Origin: Podarcis gaigeae
Lineage: Eukaryota
Direction: 5' to 3' (one strand)
Assembly: GCA_964106915.2 (NCBI GenBank)
Contig: OZ066919.1
Length of the DNA stretch: 64,000 bases
The translations under genes were made by a program, and so were the position numbers. A model generated the notes under the pieces. It had not been told where the DNA came from, searched no databases, and was given only the letters and a program-made list of their open reading frames with translations. This document shows positions 1 to 11,696 of the stretch, one piece after another (positions within the stretch are counted from its first letter, which is position 1; every line of letters begins with the position of its first letter).

Positions 1-816
1 GGTACCACAAAGTTCCCTGGGTAATCCAGCAGTTGACAGTGCCAGCCCTCTTCAGTATCCTCCTGAGAAGCTAATCCTCAAGAGGTGTGCAAGATGTAAT
101 CCTTTCCCCCCAATAAGAATAAATGGAGTGCATAAAACATAAATAAGTCCCATTGTCACATGCCATGCATCAGGGTCACTGCTCTCACCTCTTGGCTCTC
201 CTAGATTTACGCCCAGTGACATAAACCGGCCAGGCAACGCACTGGTACCTCCAAAGCAACCAACACTCAGGTCTTACAGAGCTTCGAGCGAGGGAGATTA
301 GAGACATTTATGAGTGAGGGCCTTTTTTCTTTCACAAAGCTCCATTGAAATACATAGTAAATCTCTCACCTTAAAAGCAACCTGACAACCAAGCAGAGAT
401 CTAAAGAGACAGTGACTAGCCAGCATTACTCTCAGTGAGAATTAGACCCCGGTGGCCCCCCATCTCCCTCCATTCGCTAACTTTTTTCTCATTAGTTTCC
501 CTTTGATTCCCCCCCACCCATCAGCTTTTTAACATTTCATCCTCTCTTTCTTCCCTCTTCTCCTCCCCCTCCTTCCCATGGTATCATGGCGACATCTCCA
601 AGCCAAGTACTTTTAATTTCGCCTGTGGCCCTTGCTGACACCGTGGATATGCACAGCAAGTTAAATTCCCGCCTGATCAATAAAGCAGAAGCCGTGTGTC
701 CGACCGGTCGATACTTTTTTATCTGTCTTCAGCCCAGTCCTGCTGATGACAGGCCTCTTGCGCATTGCCAAAGACACTCAAGGGCAACCGGGCTTTCAAA
801 AACACGAGCACTTTAA

Positions 817-860
817 ATATATATATATCATTATTATTATTATTATTATTTTATTATTAT
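817..860. repeat. (AT)n/(TAT)n simple repeat
   Basis: Direct observation. Confidence 0.85.
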
Positions 861-1939
861 GTTTCTAATCCCCTCCAAAAAAACCCTCTAATATATCCCT
901 ATAGGAAGACGGAAAGCAGTTCACAGTGTTTGGCCTTTGCTTGAAACATTTTTATGATTTATCTTAATTTTTAATTGAAAAAAAACTTGTGAATTAATTG
1001 ATTTCTGGGGCTTGCCAATTAACATTGTAATTGGGTGCATGATAAATTCTGAGGCAGTGTAATTTTTTATTCTTGTCACCAAGAGGGGCTTGGTGAGGGC
1101 AGCTTTTTTCTGCATGTCCCCTTGCATAGAATGTACTCTACCTCCAAGGTACAGCCTTGCTTACTGCTACCAGCTTCTTCAGAAAGAGAGATCAGTAACC
1201 TATTCAGCTTTGCAAAATGGGATCTCTCAAAGGCATAAATTCATGCCTGGTAGATCTGAAGGAGAGGGCAGTTCCCTCACAAGGTTCTTTTCCTTCTAGT
1301 TTTCCTTTCCCATTCCGCAACATATACCTAATCAATGCTTCCTCCATTCAGTTATGGCTTAGAAAAGTGAAAGTCTTGAGTTGTTGCTCCTGAAGTAGTG
1401 TTGCCCAGTTGCAACTCTGGGAATATGCATATACCTTTGGATCTCCCAGTGCAATAGCAAATGAGGCAGCCACAGCTTATTCCATCCATTCCATCCATTC
1501 TTGGAGCCCTGCTTGCCAGCTGGTGGGTAGAAGAAGGGGGCAGAAAGACTATGACTACATTGCCTCCCACTTCTTGGAGGTGGTGGGGCTTCAAAATATA
1601 TGAATATTTTGCAGGACACAACCTGGCAATACTATCTAAAAATAAGTTTGGCAATGGAGAGAAATCGAGGTGTTGTCAGGGCCTGGCCATTATGCTTTAG
1701 TAAGGAAATATGCATCACTCTGCTATGTAACATTTGAGTTGGCAGGTGGAGGAGATGCCCATCTTTAAAGTTTAGAGGATACTTGTGAACCATCACCCAA
1801 TTGCTCAGGTTAAAGGCCCTTTTCCCAGTCTCATTCATTACCCATTACTCAAAGACCCTGTAGGCAGAACAGAAAGAAGAGGTGAAGAGGGTATACATAA
1901 AGAGGAATGGAGAGTCAGCCCTTTACAATTTTCAACCAA

Positions 1940-2518
1940 TAGAAGACTGGTGCAGGCTCTAGTTATCTCCCGCTTGGACTACTGCAATGCGCTCTACGTG
2001 GGGCTACCTTTGAAGGTGACTCGGAAACTACAGCTAATCCAGAATGCGGCAGCTAGACTGGTGACTGGGGGCGGCCGCCGAGACCACATAACACGGGTCT
2101 TGAAAGACCTACATTGGCTCCCAGTACGTTTCCGAGCACAATTCAAAGTGTTGGTGCTGACCTTTAAAGCCCTAAACGGCCTTGGCCCAGTATACCTGAA
2201 GGAGCGTCTCCACCCCCATCGTTCTGCCCGGACGCTGAGGTCCAGCGCCGAGGGCCTTCTGGCGGTTCCCTCATTGCGAGAAGCAAAGCTACAGGGAACC
2301 AGGCAGAGGGCCTTTTCGGTAGTGGCGCCCGCCCTGTGGAACGCCCTCCCATCAGATGTCAAAACGATAAACAACTACCTGACATTCAGAAGACATCTTA
2401 AGGCAGCCCTGTTCAGGGAAGTTTTTAATGTATGATATTTTAGTGTTTTCTGGTTTCTATGGAAGCCGCCCAGAGTGGCTGGGGAAACCCAGCCAGATGG
2501 GCGGGGTACAAATAATAA

Positions 2519-2571
<53 letters not shown>
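1940..2571 (+). mobile_element. 5'-truncated L2-clade LINE (ORF2 C-terminus, 3' UTR stem-loop, (TTA)n tail), apparently young
   Basis: Open frame [21 protein letters not shown]...[14 protein letters not shown]...[27 protein letters not shown] ends at stop 2433-2435. CpGs are retained, there is a 3' hairpin at 2466-2504, and a trinucleotide tail follows. Confidence 0.9.
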
Positions 2572-2858
2572 CAGCTTCTGCATAGTCCAGTGCTGTTAGC
2601 TGAAAGGTTACGAGAACACCACTAGCAAGGAGATACGGCACCACAAACCTGTGTGTGGCACAACATCATTGGAGTCCAGCAGAGTCCACAAACTGTGCAT
2701 AGACCAATGCTATCACTAAACCTAATGTGGTTTAGTCTTTGCCTCATCGCTAGTTTATGTTCAGTGCAGATGAAGATGAAGATTATTAATTATTATTATT
2801 AATTTTGTTTAGGAATCATTTAATTTATTAATCATTCCCATATATAAAACATAAAAAC

Positions 2859-2917
2859 ACAACCCCCGAGTCGGTCATGACTGGACCTAATGGTCAGGGG
2901 TCCCTTTACCTTTTTAC
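2859..2917 (+). mobile_element. 3'-terminal fragment of Sauria SINE
   Basis: gactggacctaatggtcaggggtccctttacctttt resembles the 3' end of the copy at 3499-3850. Confidence 0.65.
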
Positions 2918-3498
2918 CAGCACCTTGAACCTATCTCAGTAGCTAATTGGCAGCCAGTGTACATACAGGTGTACATGCAGTCAATAGGTTTTACATTGAT
3001 TGCTTCAGCCTTTGAAGGCATCCTACTTTCAATGGGGAAATTGACAGTTATGCTGTAGTTAGCTACTGTGCCTTTATTCATGAATATGTCAGTCTCTCTC
3101 CAGACTTATGCTCATATCATCAACTTTCATGCTTCTGCATTTTCTTGGGTACAGGTATGCTACCGTTAGAGTGGTGTATGCCCAAAAGAGTGTAAGTGAA
3201 TGTTTCTTTTTCAAAAGAAAAGGCCAAGTAATTTTTACTTCGTGTTGAGTGTGGCCATTTTTTCTACAAACTCTTCACCTATGCCTCTGTCAACATCCCG
3301 TAGTTTTGACATGATCCTGATACACAAAATTTGCAGAGGAAAAGCTTTTTCTGGCATAGATATAAGTTGTTGGAGGAGCTTCACCTCCTTAATTGCCGTG
3401 TCACAGGCTTCTATTATAAGCACAGGAGCAAGAGGAGTTTGTTTTTTAAGGATGGCAAGTTGTTTTGTGTTGTGATTTCAAACTTCTGTTCTTGACAA

Positions 3499-3850
3499 GG
3501 GAGCAGGTGATGCTGTGGTCTAAACCTCTTGGGCTTGCTGATCAGATGATCGGCAGTTCAAGTCAGCGTGACAGGGTGAGCTCCTGATGCTCTGTTGCAG
3601 CTCCTGCCAAGCTAGCTGTTTCGAAAGCATACCACTGTGAGTACATAAACAGATGAGAAGGTAAACGGCGTTTCTGTGCACTCTGGCACTTGTTACAGTA
3701 TCCCGTTGCACCGTGCTGGCCACATGACCCAGAAAGCTGTCTGCGGACAAACTCTGGCTTCCTTGGCCTGAAGCGAGATGAGCGCTGTACCTAATAGTCA
3801 AGTTTGACTGGACTTAAGCATCCAGGGGTCCTTTACCTGTACCTTTACCT
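3499..3850 (+). mobile_element. Sauria SINE, older diverged copy
   Basis: It has a tRNA-like head, the conserved core aaggtaaacggcgtttc...gctggccacatgacccagaa and a tail ctttacctgtacctttacct. It is colinear with the reverse complement of 5658-6025. Confidence 0.85.
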
Positions 3851-3937
3851 TGGCAAACTGAATTCGTGCCCTGCCATATTTGCTATTGAGATGGGTCAGA
3901 GACCTGATTGTGACATTAGTGAAAATGGAGACATGGT

Positions 3938-4053
3938 GTGGTATTCAAGTAAGTTTTATTCACAGAAGACCCATTTAAATTAATGACCATGATTAAGTTT
4001 GGTCCATTAATTTCAGTGTGTCTACTCTGAATAAAATTGAGTTGTATACTACC
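3938..4053. mobile_element. Short imperfect palindromic element, probable MITE
   Basis: The ends gtggtattcaa...ttgtatactac and internal arms (ttttattca/tgaataaaa, attaatgacc/ggtccattaat) are self-complementary. Confidence 0.5.
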
Positions 4054-4762
4054 CATGTCCTCTGTTGTTGCACCTCTTCAGTACTGGGACATTGAAGCTT
4101 GGCCTAACTTTGTGGCTGAGATTCTGAATGTGACTGAGCTTGAACTAGGCCTCAGAACACAAAAGTTCAAGCTCCACCACATTCTCCCTGTATGACATTA
4201 AGTGAACCTGGCAAGTCATCTGGGCCTCTGTTCCCCATGTGTATAGAAAGGTTAATAGAGGTTGTAATTTTAAATTTGTCAGTGATTGTGAGGCCACTTG
4301 GACATTTAGTTGTTGAAGGGTGCACCATATGATGAGCAGGTAAGCTAACAAAGTGAACCCAGGTGCCCTGGTGAAGGGCAAAGTAGGGAGAAGCATGGGC
4401 AGCAGAATAGATTGGGCAACTAAGCTCATGGAAAATGTCTCTTAAGTTTTTTCCCCTGCAAGCAAAATTCAACTGTAGGCCAGTCCTTTTGGTGGATTAA
4501 AGCTACCAGCTGGAGGATAATTATTCCCCCATTATAGCTATAGTAACAAAGATCAGTCTCCACATTCCCTTCCCCCCGGCTTGTATCTTGTCTTTATTTG
4601 TCAGACTGGCTTTATGTCCCGTCCCCCCCGTCATTTTCTTTTCTGGGAAGAGTTAAGGAGCTGAATTTGTTGGGTTTCAACCCATAAGGAAAGGCAAAAC
4701 AAAGCGGAAACCAAAATATAGCCATTTGGTTAAAAGAAAACACACACCCATGTTTCCCTTTA

Positions 4763-4977
4763 CAGTGGTACCTCGGGTTACAGACGCTTCAGGTTACAGA
4801 CTCTGCTAACCCAGAAATAGTACCTCGGTTTAAGAAATTTACCTCAGGATGAGAACAGAAATCATGCGCCGGCAGCAGGAAGCCCCATTAGCTAAAGTGG
4901 TACCTCAGGTTAAGAACAGTTTCAGGTTAAGAACAGACCTTTAGAACAAATTAAGTTCTTAACCCGAGGTACCACTG
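4763..4977. mobile_element. Tc1/mariner-superfamily (Tigger-like) MITE
   Basis: Perfect 18-bp TIRs CAGTGGTACCTCGGGTTA / TAACCCGAGGTACCACTG are flanked by TA duplications (4761-4762, 4978-4979). Internal subterminal repeats read acctc(a/g)ggtta. Confidence 0.9.
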
Positions 4978-5479
4978 TACTTTATCACTGAGTTGATCTT
5001 ATGGTGCAAGTGGATTCTTGGATTCATGGATTCTTATCCTGAAGCTGCTGTGTACAAATTGGAGATTACTGGCTATTGTGAGCTTGCGCAAGTGTTATTT
5101 TGTGTGGGGTTCCCCCACTGATAAATATAGTGCAGGCTAATGGTCACTGGTCCTCCTGATTTACAGGTTAGGGTTGTAACAAGAGGGCAAATGATCACTA
5201 TGGCCTGATTTTAGTGTGGGCAAGTCAATTGCTTGTATTGGAGTTTGGCTGCTTCAGCAGATGTACCATTTCTACCCTGCTGCTGATTTGGGGAAGTGCC
5301 AAGATGAGTCTTGGGGCTAGCATTTGCTTAGCATTGAGTGCCAAGCTTTTTAAAGTCTACCCCATTCCCTGCAGCACTACCCTCCCATTTTGTGAGGGTA
5401 GATTTGTTTTCTGCTTAGTTCTTTGAGGGTCAGGTGGTTGCTCTCTCCAACACAACTGTGCTATTACTATAGTAATTCT

Positions 5480-5580
5480 ACTATTACTATTATTATTTAT
5501 CAAAATTTCTATACTACCCTTCATCTGAAGATCACAGGGTGGTTTACAGTATAAAAGCACAAAAATGCATAACATTATAC
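5480..5580 (-). mobile_element. L2-type 3' end remnant
   Basis: The reverse complement resembles the 3' termini at 41450-41510 and 56280-56370 (gtgaac.gccctgagatc...gggtggtata...aataaata). Confidence 0.55.
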
Positions 5581-5657
5581 AGTAACAAACAAAAGCAATA
5601 ACCCCTCCCCATAGACTTTCTCACTGTAACAGAATTGCCTGTGCTCCAATGTGTGGA

Positions 5658-6025
5658 CTGTAAAGGTAAAGGTAAAGGTACCCCTGCCCGTACGGGCCAG
5701 TCTTGACAGACTCTGGGGTTGTGCGCCCATCTCACTCAAGAGGCCAGGGGCCAGCGCTGTCCGGAGACACTTCTGGGTCACGTGGCCAGCGTGACATCGC
5801 TGCTCTGGCAAGCCAGAGCCGCACACGGAAACGGCGTTTACCTTCCCGCTGGTAAGCGGTCCCTATTTATCTACTTGCACCCGGAGGTGCTTTCGAACTG
5901 CTAGGTTGGCAGGCGCTGGGACCGAGCAGCGGGAGCGCACCCCGCCGCAGGGATTCGAACCGCCGACCTTTCAATCGGCAAGTCCTAGGCGCTGAGGCTT
6001 TAACCCACAGCGCCACCTGCGTCCC
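5658..6025 (-). mobile_element. Full-length young Sauria SINE with target-site duplication
   Basis: The tail reads (taaagg)n on +, a B-box-like gggattcgaacc lies near 5950, and the element is CpG-rich. The direct repeat ATGTGTGGA occurs at 5649-5657 and 6026-6034. Confidence 0.92.
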
Positions 6026-6124
6026 ATGTGTGGATGGACTATTCTGCTATTGTCTCTGACTGGTAGAATTAGTGCAAGGATAGAAGTGTGGTTGGGACAG
6101 CCATTTACTTACTGTTATAACAAG

Positions 6125-6330
6125 CCCTCAGAAACCTTTACTCTACACTTTCTAGGCAGAAATCCCAAATAGCTGTTTGCTGTGATTCAGTTTTAAAGAG
6201 CAGATTTTGGGGGGAAAGCTCCAGAGCAAAAAATAAAAGGGTGTGTGTGTGTGTGCTCGGACACAGAGCTTTAAAGTGTGGACCTGTTCCTGGAAAGAGT
6301 GGAGCAAATGTCAAGTAAGGATAAGCCCTA
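6125..6330. mobile_element. MITE-like element, same family as 18207-18700 and 20843-21010
   Basis: Shared segments (gggaaagctccagagcaaaaa; cacagagctttaaagtg.ggacctg) and a terminal ggataagccc. Confidence 0.5.
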
Positions 6331-6481
6331 AGTCAAAATGAGTAGATGCTCCCTCTCTAATGTGGAGGTCAGGTGGAACTGAATTTATTGAGAAAAAGCT
6401 CCTATCCTAGCTCAGACAGCAAAACACAGAGGCTACACCTGCCTTAGTACCACTTTCCAGGCAACTCTTACTTAAAGCTTT

Positions 6482-6690
6482 GGGTTGTTTCCAAATAACT
6501 CATCAGCCCGAGGATTTCTGCTCATGCAACAGAATTGCCCCCTTTTTTGTGTGCCCCCCGTTCCCTTCTCAGATCTTCTGTGGGTGGGTGGGCAGAAACC
6601 CAGAACAGATTTAGGAGGGCCTGGGAGAGGGGGAGTTCCATTGTGCAAGCAGAAATCTTTGTGCTGATGGAATGAGTTAGTTGGATACCT
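6482..6690. mobile_element. Imperfect palindromic MITE-like element, related copy at about 51270-51447
   Basis: Self-complementary arms (tccaa.taactcat...gatttctgc / gcagaaatc...atgagttagttgga). A similar sequence recurs near 51.3 kb. Confidence 0.55.
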
Positions 6691-6740
6691 ATGGCTGTAC
6701 ACCATGAAAATATAACAGGGAAGGATAGCAGGCGGGAAAG

Positions 6741-6955
6741 AGAAGGGTCGTTGCTCAGTAGAAGAACACATGCCTTGTGTGCAGCAGGTTACAGGTTCAA
6801 TTCCCAGTATCTCCAGTAAGAGCTGAGAAAATTTTCCTGTCAGAAATCCTAGAAAGCTGCTGCCAGTCAAAATAGAGTCTGTACTGTCTGTATCAGTACT
6901 GAGCTAGATGGGTCAGTGATTTGACTCAGCATGACAGCTGCCCATATTCCTATGC
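6741..6955 (+). mobile_element. tRNA-derived SINE with CR1-like 3' end
   Basis: A-box-like gctcagtag and B-box ggttcaattccc, body gctgctgccagtca...tactgagctagatgg, tail cagctgcccatattcctatg. Confidence 0.7.
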
Positions 6956-7371
6956 ATCTATATATATATATTTTAATACAGATTGCTGTCAGATTTTTAA
7001 ATACTGCCTGCATTCATGAAGGCTATAAATGAACTTATTTTATATGGAAGTTTGTGTCAAAGCAATGGAACCAACCAACAAAACTCCATGTTCTATGCTA
7101 GTGTCCCTCATTTCATTTAGGTTTGAAGCACATCCATTATCAAACTATAAGCCAGGATGATTAACAATTTTACATTCATGCTCATGTCATCCTCAGATTT
7201 TATTTGGGCTTCTGGGAGGCTGGAGTGAAGAAAAGTAAAAACAGACTTTTAGACCACTTTATGTTTTATCTAAAAGTGGCAGTGTGCAGACTCACTACAT
7301 ATCCCCATTTGGCAAGCAATATTTTTCTCTCATGTTGGAGCATTTTCCCAGTGACTACTAGCTGATATAGT

Positions 7372-7372
<1 letters not shown>

Positions 7373-7407
<35 letters not shown>
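7373..7407. repeat. (CA)n microsatellite
   Basis: Direct observation. Confidence 0.95.
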
Positions 7408-7409
<2 letters not shown>

Positions 7410-10044
7410 ACAATGAATCCCTGCTTCCTTCATGTTGAGCCTTCCCATGGAACAGTCACTGATTAAAAGTGACATTTAAAATTTCCGGTTTACTTTTTCA
7501 CTGCCTCTGTTTATTGCCTCTCCCCCTCCTTCCTTCACACACACACACACTTCATATGGTTGAAGCCAGCTCACTGCCCCTATTCCATTGTAGCACCTTT
7601 TGCTATTGGATGTCATTGTGTAAGCAGTGCATTCCAAGGTAAAATGTTGTTATTCCAAAAAGGAATTCTTATCAAGAGGCTTAATTTTAAACGCTTCCAA
7701 AACCAATAAGGCAGGCTGCTATTAAGATGCTGAATGAGGTGTCAAGAGTTTCACTCACTCACTTGGTGTCAGCTGGAGCTAGGAAAGCTCATGACCTCTT
7801 TAAAGCAGATGCCTCAGGATAACCCTCAGACTGCCCGGTGAAACGACTCGCTTAACACTGGGAAAGACAAGGTGTGAATGTCCATGTTCTATGCATATTG
7901 TTCATAATTTGGATATAAGGAATGGTTTTATACTAAATTAGGCTAGTGGTCCATTTGGCCCAGTAGTGTCAACTGCTCTTCAGAAAGACCAAGTGGGGCC
8001 TCTACAAGTAGAGCCATCAGATATCAGGCAAGACTTGGGAAGGGAGTTCATAGTCGTGCATCTCTAGATAACTGGAACTCTTGTGCCATTGACAATTTAG
8101 AACACACTTTTAACTAGTTTATAGAAAAGCAATCAAATTAATGTATTTTTTTAACAACAGAAAATGAGGTCCACTCTAGATTGGAGTACTAAAAAGAGAG
8201 CAAGTAAGATGATGACTTATGTGGACCAAGTGGTGATCATAGAAGCAGAAGTTACAAAGGTCGTCCCGTCCCCCGTCCCCCCCCGATTAAATATTCAAGT
8301 GGATAATAGATTGTTGAGTTATTGTATAACTCCCATTCATTTCCATGTGGTTTCTGTTGGAGAACTTCCCAGTTGACTTGCTGTTTGCCAAATATTAAAT
8401 TACTCTTTGCAGTCTGAGTGTTCAGGATCAGTTGTGTTACAAACTCATTAAAAGTGTGATCCTATGGCTTTGGAATGATATCCTGGGGGCCATAGGATAC
8501 AGCGATCTTCTCCACCGTTGGTGGAGAGGGAGGACTGCCATCAGAGAGGGACCCCAGGATGTTTCCTTATAGTGGTGGCAGAGAGCTGTGTTGTTGGTAC
8601 TCCAATAACAGAAAGAACAAGGGTGTGGGTTTCCTGGGCACATTGGGGAAAGCTTTGGATTCAGTGGATCTAAAGCTCCCTACTGGGCATGCCCTTGGAA
8701 CAGGAAATAATGATTTCCCTCCCATTAGAGTCTATGGAGCTTTCCCTACCCTCTGCTGATGTGAGCCCAGCAGGGCTGGGAATATGGTGTTTCTTCTTCC
8801 CCTCACCAATAGGATTGCTTTGTAAATATGTGCTTCTGCTTCATAACAGATGTGTTTGCAACATAGCCAAATGCTAACACATATATTTGTGTGTAGAAAG
8901 TGGATCAACATGGAAACAATAATTTTTCTTAGAAATATGCAAAGCCCCAAGAACAAAAATCTTGCCCACAAACTCCCCCTTAGCCTCATTAGGGGATGAT
9001 AGCTATTCCCCATCTGTTAATTCCTGCCTCTTTGTGATCTGCTGCTACCTAAAAGGGGCAAGTAAGTTGTGCTATCATAATGAACTGGATAAACAATTCC
9101 CCAAACAGATTAAAACTAACTGTAACTTGTAAAGGGTGGGAGGATGGGGGGTATGTAGTAATTATATTTTATTAGCTAGCAAAGCACCATTTTTTGCTTT
9201 CAAAGGATAATTCTATGTAAATCATCTTAATTAGAAGTGTCAGACAAACCTGTGAAGATCATAGTTAGCAAGTAATTTCCTATGTATGGGTTATAATTTA
9301 AACCACATGGATCGCTCGCTGTGTGGCAATATGCTGGCCATGAAATAATGTGGGGAGTGTCGGTTGAGGTTATTACTATGTAAATGTGTGATCATTTCAG
9401 ACCGCTCCTGACTTGCTTAGTGATTAAAGAGAATTCTGAGGTCTCCAAAGATTGTGCTCTTTGCAAGGGCCTGAAGCAGAAAACTTTAAAAGGTGCTGGA
9501 AAGTGTTTGAACTTTAAAGGTCGTGATTTCCCTTTTACCATTTTTAATTTGCCACCACTGTTTATGGGAAGGAAGGTTTCTCTTTGCTTATGGCCTCTCA
9601 CTTTCCCAACCATCAGGCTAGCGATTAATGATTTGCTCTCGGAAGGACTGGACAAGAGAGTTTGTTGCACACAATACATTTACCTATGCACTTAACTTAC
9701 CTGTGTGTTTAAAAACATGATCTCTGACTTGGTTCTTCCGTCTCAGAAGGAAAGGCTGAAATGGAGGTGTCAGCCTGTTCTGGGTTTTGTGTTCTTATAA
9801 TGAAGCAACGGATATGCAATACTTTTAGGAGGAATGGTCCCTTGGCCTGACCTGGTAAGACTGTATTAATGCACTGAAGTGTGACCCACAAAAATCACAT
9901 TCTAATTCTCTAGATGAATTAATCTGGACTAGTTACCGCTAGTTAAATGATCTTCAGCATGTGCTCTTACTACTGAGAGTAGAATCAGAAGCACTTATAC
10001 TCCTCCTCAAATATTGTCAACGTGCTTTAACTGTGCTCATCATC

Positions 10045-10372
10045 TTGAGGCCCTTCTTTGTGTGCCCCCTACACAAGAGGCCCGGAGGGTGGCAGCACAG
10101 GAACAGGCCTTTTTTTGCTGTGGCTCCATTTGTGGAGTGCTCCCCACAGGGAGACTCACCTGACACCAGGCAAAAGCTTTGGCCTTTTAACTATCTGTGG
10201 TCTTTTAGAAATGTGTGGGATGTTTTTATTGTATTTCTCTTTACTTTTGGTTTTCGTGTATCCATGTGGGGTGTAAGGTCTGTCTGTCTGTTTGTTTGTC
10301 CATTCATTTGTAAGTTGCTTTGGGTTGCCCTGGGCATGTTGAAGCAACTAATAAATTCAATAAATAAAAATA
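10045..10372 (+). mobile_element. Old L2 LINE 3' remnant
   Basis: Similar to 41125-41510 (gaggcccttctt...acaagagg...agggtggca...ggcctttt..gc.gtggctcc..tttgtgga). It ends in an aataaataaa tail. Confidence 0.65.
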
Positions 10373-10439
10373 AGAATCATTCATTTCCTCGCTGCATCAT
10401 GGAAAGGAAGAATTGGTTAAATACCATAAAGCATATTTA

Positions 10440-10740
10440 ACTGCCAACATCATAGGAACCACATTCCCTTCTGGGTAGTCCTCTGAGAGCCACATGTCAG
10501 TGTTGGTTAGGGCCAGAGGCAAAAGTGGGCAGAGCAATAAATGTGAAGGTAACTTCTGTATGGTAGGCTAGTTTCTTCACACTCACACATCTCTCTCTAT
10601 CCTCCATCCAGCCAAGCAAAAGCCCTCAAGGAAGGTGCAAAGCAAGGCCGGTGAGGGGTGTGTCTCAGGAGGACGTATAACCTAGAGAGAGTCCTGAGGG
10701 CTATAGAGAGGAATGGTGGGCCACCATTGTTCCCTGCCCT
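10440..10740. mobile_element. Degenerate non-autonomous DNA-transposon-like repeat
   Basis: ccacattcccttctggg...gccacatg.cagtg...ggccagaggcaaaagtgggc resembles a common lizard interspersed repeat (recollection only). No clean TIRs. Confidence 0.4.
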
Positions 10741-11644
10741 GAGGAGAAGAGTATGGTGTCTCCACGATGACAGATTTTAAAAACCACTTTGACAATCATT
10801 TAGTAAGGCTTGGTTAGAAAGAAAGAAAATAGTATAACGAGAGCAAAACTAACTGGAGGGGAATGACATTAAGTAATGGGCAATCTAACACTGGCTTATG
10901 CTGGCCAGGGTTTTTTTCCCTTTTTTGTTCGGGTGGCTCCTACTTTTTTTAATTTCCGCTTTGGCTTCCCAGCAGACATAGTTGAGGGACCTAATCCTGG
11001 TGCCTCCCAGGGGAATGAAAGAGCTGTGAACCTGGCACACCCCTGACCGTCTCTGACTCAGCCCTAGAACACCCAGTTTGGGGGGCTCCCCACAGTGAAA
11101 ACATCTCCAGTGAATCTAGGGGTTGGGGTTGCTCTCTAAATAGGTAAATATCTCACACATGCCAACACACACAACACACTTCCCTTTGGTAAGGAATTGG
11201 ATAACATGGCCTCCTACCTCCCTTGCACAAAAGACCAGCTTTTTGTCAGTGACCCCAAAAAGCGCATTGGTTGCTATTGAGAAGGGAGGTAGAATTGAGG
11301 TTGAGATGATTTTAGGTCTTCAATTTTTGAGGGGGCTGTGATTGCGACAAAGAAGCAGTGGTGGCATGGGAAGCTTTGCAGTCCCCAGGAGCCAACACCT
11401 TCAAAATACCCTCCTCACTTCGTTTTTCTACACCCAGCCATCTGCCAACAAAAGGCAGATTAAAGCTAGCCAAATTCAATTTCTACTCACTGCTGCCACA
11501 GCTCGACATCTGGGGCTAAAGTGTCCCCGACAAAGCGAACATGACAGCCACATTGCTTTTTTGTCACATCCAGTAGCATGTTGATCTTCTAAAAGTCTCA
11601 TAAAAATTTATTGATGTCTCCCATATTGCTGTGATTGGGAAGAA

Positions 11645-11646
<2 letters not shown>

Positions 11647-11693
<47 letters not shown>
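11647..11693. repeat. (GT)n microsatellite
   Basis: Direct observation. Confidence 0.95.

Positions 11694-11696
<3 letters not shown>

Noticed and set aside
1785-2435. 216-aa ORF as a host gene
   Set aside because: It is the C-terminus of an L2 ORF2 fused by chance to upstream intron, and it starts at a non-ATG codon.
6741-6815. Possible tRNA gene (also 18098-18170 and 40841-40915)
   Set aside because: The A/B boxes belong to SINE heads followed by SINE bodies, and no intact cloverleaf forms.
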